Shown one piece after another: positions 7,082 through 12,537 of a stretch of 12,537 nt of DNA (position 1 is the first letter of the stretch; each line of letters starts with the position of its first letter). The notes beneath the pieces were generated by a model. The model was not told the origin of the DNA and searched no databases. It saw nothing but the letters and a program-made list of their open reading frames with translations. Origin of the DNA: an uncultured archaeon (GTDB lineage: Archaea; Asgardarchaeota; Thorarchaeia; Thorarchaeales; Thorarchaeaceae); contig CAYYQL010000030.1 in the NCBI GenBank assembly GCA_964473825.1, positions 1 to 12,537 on the forward strand, given 5' to 3'. A program made the translations under genes and the position numbers.

Positions 7082-7948
7082 TCACTCAGAGAGATGCTCA
7101 AGTATCCCGTGTGCTGGGACTCGATTCATGTTCAGTCCGACTTCGTCATCACTCATTCCCATGGCCAGTCCAAGAATCTGGGGGTATAGAAGGACAGGCA
7201 GATCATAGGCTTCACCGTACGACTCTCTCAATCCCAGCTGCTGGAGGTCAAGCTGGTTTCCACAGGCCGGACAGACCACCGTGAGAAACTCAGCTCCTGC
7301 TGTCTTCATGGATTTCAGCTTATCTCTTGCAAGTCTTATTGCCAACGGTTCATTCACGGGAAGCACCGTGGCGCCACAACACTGTTTCCAAAGGGGGTAT
7401 TCCGTCACCTTTGCACCTGTCACTCTGACGAGTTCCTTGAGGACTCTAGGCTTGAACTCAGTCACATCCTCTGGTCGTAGAAGATGACAGCCGTAATGAA
7501 TGGCAATCTCCGCCCCATCAAGGGGATTAGTGATCTTGGCTTTGATTGCATCGATTCCAATATCTGTGTAGAGCGCCTCTACAAAGTGACGAACCTTGAT
7601 GTTCCCCTTCAATTCCAGATTATACTGTTTGAGTTCCTCATTGATCTTCTTCATGTCATCTTGACTGTGCTTCAGATGATGAAGGACATCTTTTAGGGAT
7701 CCGAAACATCCGTTGCAGGGGGTGACAATGTCGTGGCCATTCTTCTCGGCAATTGCAAGGGTACGAGCATTAACCACAAGCCAGCCGAAGTAGTCGAATG
7801 CACGAAGGTTTGGGCTACCACAGCAAGCAACGCCCTCCATGTATTCTAGTTCCATATCAAAGGCTTCTGCGACTTTGAGCATAGATGCTTCATAGTTTGG
7901 ATAGTTGGCTGGGACGCTGCAACCCATATAGAGATTATATGTTGGCAC
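7082..7948 (-). CDS. hdrB: Heterodisulfide reductase subunit B (two CCG domains), 288 aa
   Basis: YMGC..CCGS..TPCNGC and HYGCHLLRP..CCGA..VCPAC..QLD. Start set at GTG 7948, 1 nt after the hdrC stop, with RBS GGAGGAG; the ORF-track extension to 8095 overlaps hdrC. Confidence 0.95.
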   Translation of the reverse strand: MPTYNLYMGCSVPANYPNYEASMLKVAEAFDMELEYMEGVACCGSPNLRAFDYFGWLVVNARTLAIAEKNGHDIVTPCNGCFGSLKDVLHHLKHSQDDMKKINEELKQYNLELKGNIKVRHFVEALYTDIGIDAIKAKITNPLDGAEIAIHYGCHLLRPEDVTEFKPRVLKELVRVTGAKVTEYPLWKQCCGATVLPVNEPLAIRLARDKLKSMKTAGAEFLTVVCPACGNQLDLQQLGLRESYGEAYDLPVLLYPQILGLAMGMSDDEVGLNMNRVPAHGILEHLSE

Positions 7949-7949
7949 T

Positions 7950-8489
7950 TTACTCTCCTCCCACAAGCTGGCCGGTCCGTGTCTTCTTGAGAATGCTCTC
8001 CACATCTTCAACAGCCAGCCCCGGCACTTCGGGTTCCAAATCAAGGTCTTCTCGTTCCCAGTCAGCGGTGACAACATAGAGCTGACCCTTGTCAATCAGT
8101 TCCTTTCCTAGAGCCAGCACATTCTCTGGAATCTTTCCTTGTTCTGCAGCTAGATTCTTGCAGTCAAAGAGAATGTCCGTTACCCGGACCTTTTGGGGAC
8201 ATCTCTCTTGGCATTCGAAGCAAGTGAGACACTCCCAGATTTCTCTGGATGAAAGAACCTCTTCACGCATACCAAGCAGTATCATCCTGACTAATTGATG
8301 TGGCTTGAAATCCCATTGATTTGCAATGGGACACGCTGCTGTACAGGTCGAGCATGCAAAACAAGCAGTGAGTTCTTCACCGTTTGGCATGCTCTTCACT
8401 TGATCACGGAAACTGGGATCCAATTTCGACATGTCAATAGGATCGACCAGTGTAACCGGGGGATTCACCTTCTCATCAGTTTCTGCCAT
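7950..8489 (-). CDS. hdrC: Heterodisulfide reductase subunit C, 2x[4Fe-4S], 179 aa
   Basis: CFACSTCTAACP and IWECLTCFECQERCP separated by PHQLVRMILLG; directly upstream of hdrB. Confidence 0.95.
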   Translation of the reverse strand: MAETDEKVNPPVTLVDPIDMSKLDPSFRDQVKSMPNGEELTACFACSTCTAACPIANQWDFKPHQLVRMILLGMREEVLSSREIWECLTCFECQERCPQKVRVTDILFDCKNLAAEQGKIPENVLALGKELIDKGQLYVVTADWEREDLDLEPEVPGLAVEDVESILKKTRTGQLVGGE

Positions 8490-8555
8490 TTGCTAACACC
8501 ACTATGAAGTGCCTTCCCTTGTGATACGGACGTGACTCGGAGCTTCTGTCCCACA

Positions 8556-8570
8556 TATTAAAAGCTTACA
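8556..8570 (-). promoter_or_regulatory. Putative archaeal promoter (TATA box TTTTAATA with weak upstream BRE-like GTAAGC) for the hdr operon
   Basis: Minus strand reads TGTAAGC-TTTTAATA about 67 nt upstream of the hdrC ATG, within a 128-nt intergenic gap; GGTG RBS-like sequence lies before the ATG. Confidence 0.5.
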
Positions 8571-8578
8571 GAATGGCG

Positions 8579-8584
8579 AAAAAA
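8579..8584 (-). terminator. Possible oligo-T terminator ending the replication-cluster transcript
   Basis: T6 tract (GGTTTTTTCG on minus) about 35 nt after the stop of the small membrane gene and just upstream of the putative hdr TATA box. Confidence 0.35.
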
Positions 8585-8617
8585 CCAAGGATAAAGTTTC
8601 AGGGACTGAGATATGCA

Positions 8618-8809
8618 TCATTGACCGGGTAGTCCCTTCTTGTAGATGAGGAGGGCAATCCCAGTAGTCAAGAATATGACGACTGTTTCATATGCAAGAA
8701 TCGCCAACAAGCCCTGATCTGCAAGGGGATAGAATGCTGCCCCAGATAGGGCTAGACCGATACAGCTAATCCATCCGAGTATGATAATCCAATCTCTCTT
8801 GGGCGACAT
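8618..8809 (-). CDS. Small hypothetical membrane protein with two predicted TM helices, ~63 aa
   Basis: Hydrophobic stretches WIIILGWISCIGLALSGAAFY and LLAILAYETVVIFLTTGIALLIY, flanked by basic residues (KR, KK). ATG 8809 preferred over GTG 8821. Confidence 0.65.
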   Translation of the reverse strand: MSPKRDWIIILGWISCIGLALSGAAFYPLADQGLLAILAYETVVIFLTTGIALLIYKKGLPGQ

Positions 8810-8832
8810 AGTCGAACACACGTCTAGGGTTC

Positions 8833-9123
8833 TTATTGGTTTTGTGTTGTGTTTCGTATAGATGAGACTCTTCGTTCAAGCTCCCTGTAGTTGGCAAGAG
8901 ATTCTTCTCTTAGTTGTAGATGCTTTCGGATAAGATATCCATTCAGCTCTTCTTTACTCCCATGCATACGTTCGATTGTTTCCAGCCTATCAGTCGTTAT
9001 CAAACGTAGCGATCCGCTAAGGGCCACCTGAAACTCGTCATGCAGTTTCTCAACACGCTCCTGCATTTCTCGCAGCGTCTTGAGAATCTCTTCAATCTCT
9101 GCCCGAATAGTCTCATCTTTCAT
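8833..9123 (-). CDS. Hypothetical alpha-helical/coiled-coil protein, 96 aa
   Basis: ATG overlaps the gins15 stop (ATGA at 9123-9120); heptad-like pattern IEEILKTLREMQERVEKLHDEF. Confidence 0.75.
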   Translation of the reverse strand: MKDETIRAEIEEILKTLREMQERVEKLHDEFQVALSGSLRLITTDRLETIERMHGSKEELNGYLIRKHLQLREESLANYRELERRVSSIRNTTQNQ

Positions 9124-9746
9124 TTCTGGTCACGAGTTCCAATCTTCTGAGCTGCGATTCTTGTCACGGTACCATCTCTCAACCATATTTTTGCATTATC
9201 AATCGGGATGCGTGTTACCTCTTCGGCCTCAAATGGACCATACACCTGTTCATCCATACCAACGAACTGAGTCTTGACAGGCTGCAGGAATCGTACAAGA
9301 ACGTAGTCAACATCTCCCTCAACATCCTCGGCAGTGAGGTCTTCATCAACTTCTTGCTCTCTTGTGGCTAGACCGGACCCCCCTCTCAACATCTCTTCCA
9401 CAAACTCATCATGGCCCTCAAATCCTCTAGTGAGCCGATTATAGAGTCTCTCTTCGGAAACAGTCATGATTCCTAGGGGTTTTCTCCCCTCGGTTGCTGC
9501 CTTCAGAATCTTTTCTCTTCGCACCCGAAGAAGGTCCTTCAACATGAACTCGGCATTGAGAATCTCTCTTGTCAGTAGGTCTGCCTGAAGCTCACTCTCT
9601 GCGGGAGTTTCAGTGAGTTTCATTCGAATAGACGACAGGTATTCTCCCAGTTCTGCGAGGCGCAAGTCCTGTAAGTCTTGCAGGCTATCTTCCTGCACCT
9701 CTGCATCCCATGCTTTCTGGAGGTCTGCATAGATAGCCCTATTCAA
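9120..9746 (-). CDS. gins15: GINS complex subunit, Gins15/Gins51 type (A domain, acidic linker, B domain), 208 aa
   Basis: Helical A domain (W..E....LQDL; RREKILKAA; MTVSEERLY) and B domain YVLVRFL..FVGMDEQVYGPFEAEEVTRIPIDNAKIWL..G. Lies directly after priS as in the conserved archaeal pcn-priS-gins15 cluster; TTG start overlaps the priS stop by 8 nt. Confidence 0.9.
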   Translation of the reverse strand: MNRAIYADLQKAWDAEVQEDSLQDLQDLRLAELGEYLSSIRMKLTETPAESELQADLLTREILNAEFMLKDLLRVRREKILKAATEGRKPLGIMTVSEERLYNRLTRGFEGHDEFVEEMLRGGSGLATREQEVDEDLTAEDVEGDVDYVLVRFLQPVKTQFVGMDEQVYGPFEAEEVTRIPIDNAKIWLRDGTVTRIAAQKIGTRDQK

Positions 9747-11118
9747 TCACAGCAACTCCCTTGCACATCAAGAACACTGCAGCAGCAATCGGCAATGAAA
9801 CTACCCCATTTTCAAGGGGTCCGTAACTATCTTCACTAATTCGAAATTCGGGGATTCCCAAGTCGCCACCCTTAACATTTATTCTCAGATCATTACCCCT
9901 GATTGCCACGGCATCGGAGAACGGGTCGAAACTTTCCATATCATCGCGTGTTAACTCTTTAACTGCGAAACCCGTCTTTCCGCTCAGACTTCCGATGAGT
10001 CTTATGACTCTATGAATATCATGGGTAACCGGCACATCTATCTCTCCACCGTATTCATCTGCAGCCAGGGTTGCTATCTCCTGCCATGACTTAAGACCTA
10101 CTCCTTTTACCCTCGCGCTGAGGATAGGCACATCAAGAAGCAGCCCTTGGAGTGCCTCATCCTTGTACTTCTGAAGCGGAGAAACCCACCTGTACTTCCC
10201 CTCGAAACCATCAATGTTCCTGATGAATTCCACCATTGCACCAGCAACCTTGCCCCCCCACCCCGGCACTTCGCGTCCCGTGATTGACTCGGACGATCCT
10301 CTTAATGTCACCACTCTCTTCCCTTGGAAACCGAATCCTGATATATAGTGAACTATCTCGACTCGGGCATTTGAGTCCAGAGGGAATACTTTCTGGTCTT
10401 TCACCCGTATGTGATACCCTCGATGCCCACTGTAGTTCAACTGGATATCGGCAGGATCTACATCAAAATCATTTACAAGAAACTCATCATAGACCTTTAG
10501 GGTATTCTTCTTTGCATCTTCCAGACACCTATCACAGACCCACTTCCTGGCAATGAAAGAAGTACCTTCACACTGCGGACAAATGTCCGGCGCTGTTCCT
10601 CTTCCTCTCTCTCTGCATTCTGCATTGGTGCACATCCATGAGTCATGGTCTTCTGTGCAGGAAGAGTCCAGATGGTCCGCATCTATGTCAAATACCAGCT
10701 CTGCCCCCATCCATTCCTTGTCTTCCATTCGTGCAGTTGGCACCCTGTAGAAAGCAGCAGAATGATAGATGCTATGTGGTGCATTCTTCACGAGCCCCTC
10801 AATCAGACTGTTACCTGATCGAAATGCTACGTGTCGCGTCCAGTTATTTGTGCTGAGGCCTTCAGTGCCACAGTTCGGACAGATCGATAGTCTTCCATAC
10901 GAACGTCCCGACCTACCACAACCAATGAGTTTCACTTTCCCCTGTTCATCCTCATCATGTCTCTTTCTGCAGACCCAATTGTAGTGCCAGCTCTGTAGAC
11001 CAAACTCTCGAGTGTGTACTCTGTCAGGAATATCGACCTGTCCCGAATGGCTTCGATAGTAGTCTCTAAACGCAAGCTGCAAGAATCTCCTTGTTGCTTC
11101 TCGAGGCTTTTTTGACAA
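9739..11118 (-). CDS. priS: DNA primase catalytic (small) subunit with Zn-ribbon insertions and a GINS-B-like C-terminal domain
   Basis: AEP motifs REFG..RH, YHSAAFY, W.GAELVFDIDADHL, YSGHRGYHI, IDVPVTHDIHRVIRLIGSLSGKTG. Start set at TTG 11118 (AGGAG 10 nt upstream); GTG 11145 is an alternative. Confidence 0.95.
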   Translation of the reverse strand: MSKKPREATRRFLQLAFRDYYRSHSGQVDIPDRVHTREFGLQSWHYNWVCRKRHDEDEQGKVKLIGCGRSGRSYGRLSICPNCGTEGLSTNNWTRHVAFRSGNSLIEGLVKNAPHSIYHSAAFYRVPTARMEDKEWMGAELVFDIDADHLDSSCTEDHDSWMCTNAECRERGRGTAPDICPQCEGTSFIARKWVCDRCLEDAKKNTLKVYDEFLVNDFDVDPADIQLNYSGHRGYHIRVKDQKVFPLDSNARVEIVHYISGFGFQGKRVVTLRGSSESITGREVPGWGGKVAGAMVEFIRNIDGFEGKYRWVSPLQKYKDEALQGLLLDVPILSARVKGVGLKSWQEIATLAADEYGGEIDVPVTHDIHRVIRLIGSLSGKTGFAVKELTRDDMESFDPFSDAVAIRGNDLRINVKGGDLGIPEFRISEDSYGPLENGVVSLPIAAAVFLMCKGVAVIE

Positions 11119-11211
11119 AGGAATCAGACTCCTGAACTGGCCCACTTGGGACTATCTGGCCTGCTGGTTTCTATTGGCAAGAGATTTGACACCTGCCAAC
11201 AACCGCTGCGA

Positions 11212-11961
11212 TTATCTTCTCTCAATCCGGGGTGCCAACACAAAGCTGATACTACCCGCCTCAGCAATTCCAAAGTCCATTCTCATCGGTTTGTCATTGC
11301 TGAACTGGATTATCACCGTGTCCGCAGCAACTGCTTTGACAATCTCTGAGAGGTAATTCAGGGCATACATGGCCGTAGTCTTTTCCTTGCTCTCCAAGTC
11401 ATAAATCACAGAGTCTTCTCCCGTTGTTAGCTGAACCTCTGCTTCTCCGGTGTCACCCTCTCCCGCAAAGATTACTGACTTCTTATCTGCTGTAACTTTG
11501 ATATGGTTGGATATCACACCGATGTCTTTTACAGCCTGCTTGAGGGCATCGGAATTCATCTCCAGTTTGGCCATGAATTTCAGATCAGGCCTCTTGGCTT
11601 GGTTATCCGGGGGAGTAAGCATCTGCAGTCTGAACACTCGCTCTGCCTGACCTATCATCTTTATCTCGAATCTCTTGTCATCACCGACATCGAATTCAAG
11701 TCTATCATCTGCGGCCATTCTTCTACTGATCTTGGCCAGTTCGTCCACACCAAGACAAATCTGCATCTCTTCATCACAGGTAAACTCCTGAAAAACACCT
11801 GCAGGAAGAGTCAGATCAATCATGGCCACCTTGGATGAATCTAGCTGTGTCAGAGTGATTCCTGTTTTGTTGACCACGAAGTTAACCTCGGTGAGCAGGG
11901 TTGCCAGCGCATCCACAATTTGCTTCCAAGTTTTGCTACTATCTAGCGTTGCATGAAACAT
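11212..11961 (-). CDS. pcn: DNA polymerase sliding clamp PCNA, 249 aa
   Basis: Typical length and motifs: GITLTQLDSSKVAMIDL, VFQEFTCD, MYALNYL, FSNDKPMRMDF, C-terminal FVLAPRIE. RBS GGAGG upstream. Confidence 0.97.
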   Translation of the reverse strand: MFHATLDSSKTWKQIVDALATLLTEVNFVVNKTGITLTQLDSSKVAMIDLTLPAGVFQEFTCDEEMQICLGVDELAKISRRMAADDRLEFDVGDDKRFEIKMIGQAERVFRLQMLTPPDNQAKRPDLKFMAKLEMNSDALKQAVKDIGVISNHIKVTADKKSVIFAGEGDTGEAEVQLTTGEDSVIYDLESKEKTTAMYALNYLSEIVKAVAADTVIIQFSNDKPMRMDFGIAEAGSISFVLAPRIERR

Positions 11962-11975
11962 CTAGCCGCCTCCAA

Positions 11976-12371
11976 TTATCTCCGGAGATAGTCTAGTACC
12001 TTCTTCTCTAGGTCAAGTGTCTGCTTAAACTCTTTTATGTCAAGCTCGTCCACGTTGTGAGCAATACTTGCTACCAATTGCTTCTCCTTTCCTTTCGAAG
12101 TGGTCTTCTCTGCGACTTCTCCAATCAGCATATACTTCTGAGCAACCTCTAGGGTGCCTTCAACAGTGACAGGAATGGTGACAGCGTGGCCCACCTCATC
12201 CATGATGTCTTGTACAAGTGCTGCACCAGTTCTCGCCTCTACTACGATACCAAGTATCCTCACTAGTCCCTTTGTCTCCGGGCTGAGTTCTCGCACTGTT
12301 GTGAGTCTAGCTGGTTTTCGCGGTGGAAAGCTCTTCTTCTCCTCAGTCACTGGTTTCACTTCGGCTGCCAT
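11976..12371 (-). CDS. Single OB-fold protein resembling archaeal RPA3/RPA14 (replication protein A small subunit), 131 aa
   Basis: RKPA...VREL, VRILGIVVE, LVQD, YMLIGEV and a C-terminal helix VDELDIKEFKQTLDLEKKVL. This matches my recollection of Thermococcales RPA14 (RKPA..ISEI; VSLIG; D..ALEEIRELERKLL). Directly upstream of pcn. Confidence 0.65.
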   Translation of the reverse strand: MAAEVKPVTEEKKSFPPRKPARLTTVRELSPETKGLVRILGIVVEARTGAALVQDIMDEVGHAVTIPVTVEGTLEVAQKYMLIGEVAEKTTSKGKEKQLVASIAHNVDELDIKEFKQTLDLEKKVLDYLRR

Positions 12372-12374
12372 CTT

Positions 12375-12398
12375 TTGATGAGAGAGTTATCTCATCAA
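12375..12398. promoter_or_regulatory. Perfect 9-bp inverted repeat TTGATGAGA-N6-TCTCATCAA abutting the start of the RPA3-like gene (operator or 5'-UTR hairpin)
   Basis: Read directly: arms at 12375-12383 and 12390-12398, ending 3 nt before ATG 12371. Confidence 0.55.
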
Positions 12399-12426
12399 GA
12401 AGTACTATGTCGGGGGTATTTGAGTG

Positions 12427-12440
12427 TGTATAAGTCTGTC
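12427..12440 (-). promoter_or_regulatory. Weak candidate TATA box (CTTATACA preceded by GACAGA) for the replication cluster
   Basis: Minus strand GACAGA-CTTATACA about 56 nt upstream of ATG 12371 and downstream of the tfs terminator-like hairpin. Confidence 0.3.
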
Positions 12441-12443
12441 TGT

Positions 12444-12469
12444 AAAAGGGAGCGGTAATCCTACCCTCC
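12444..12469 (-). terminator. Hairpin plus T-tract over the tfs stop codon (terminator-like)
   Basis: Minus strand GGAG-GGTA-ggat-TACC-g-CTCC-CTTTT: an 8-bp stem with one bulge followed by T4. Confidence 0.35.
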
Positions 12470-12537
12470 ATACCGTCTCCAGGTCGCCTTGCACTTGGTG
12501 CATCTATAGAATTCAGTAGCCCCTTCATCGGCTCGAC
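12461..12537 (-). CDS. tfs: Transcription factor S (TFS, TFIIS/RpoM-like), 3' fragment running off the window
   Basis: Manual translation from 12535 gives RADEGATEFYRCTKCKATWRRYGG*, matching the TFS C-terminal Zn ribbon (R.ADE..T.FY.C..C...W) with the catalytic acidic DE pair. tfs is often found next to pcn in archaea. Not in the ORF track. Confidence 0.9.
   Translation of the reverse strand, partial: RADEGATEFYRCTKCKATWRRYGG

Noticed and set aside
7949-8095. ORF-track N-terminal extension of HdrB
   Set aside because: Overlaps hdrC; GTG 7948 with RBS GGAGGAG gives the canonical HdrB start.
7082-8489. hdrBC as evidence of methanogenesis
   Set aside because: HdrABC occurs widely in non-methanogens, and there are no mcr/mtr genes in the window.
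1429-10682. Short alternative-frame minus-strand ORFs (1429-1668, 6609-6860, 10497-10682)
   Set aside because: Fully nested in stronger genes, with no motifs.
11163-11206. pcn-priS hairpin as a SECIS element
   Set aside because: No AUGA/GA core and no nearby in-frame UGA selenoprotein candidate.
51-12378. Numerous plus-strand ORFs in the track (e.g. 418-744, 1319-1720, 1614-2159, 3210-3746, 3613-4038, 11503-11838)
   Set aside because: Antisense shadows of well-supported minus-strand genes, mostly Ser-rich or without recognisable motifs.
12343-12528. 61-aa minus-strand ORF in the track
   Set aside because: Wrong frame; the real coding frame here is the TFS C-terminus ending at 12461.

Overview
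Archaeal genomic window (Asgard/Thorarchaeia-like is my impression, not established) with almost all genes on the minus strand. In transcription order, from the right end: (1) the 3' end of transcription factor S (tfs; not in the ORF track), then a replication cluster of an RPA3/RPA14-like OB-fold gene, pcn (PCNA), priS and gins15, followed by a translationally coupled 96-aa helical orphan and a small two-TM protein; (2) a probably separately promoted heterodisulfide-reductase operon of hdrC, hdrB, a short HdrA (416 aa) and an HdrA-MvhD fusion (~720 aa), coupled to an unusual ~756-aa protein with two repeated winged-helix modules and a C-terminal 2x[4Fe-4S] ferredoxin; (3) an MCAD-like acyl-CoA dehydrogenase. 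The best candidate for an undescribed system is the Hdr operon. It has two complementary HdrA paralogues with altered flavin-bifurcation residues, no hydrogenase/Fdh/Flx input genes, and the wHTH-ferredoxin protein in their place. No RNA genes, CRISPR arrays or mobile elements were seen. All family assignments come from motif recognition; no database searches were run.
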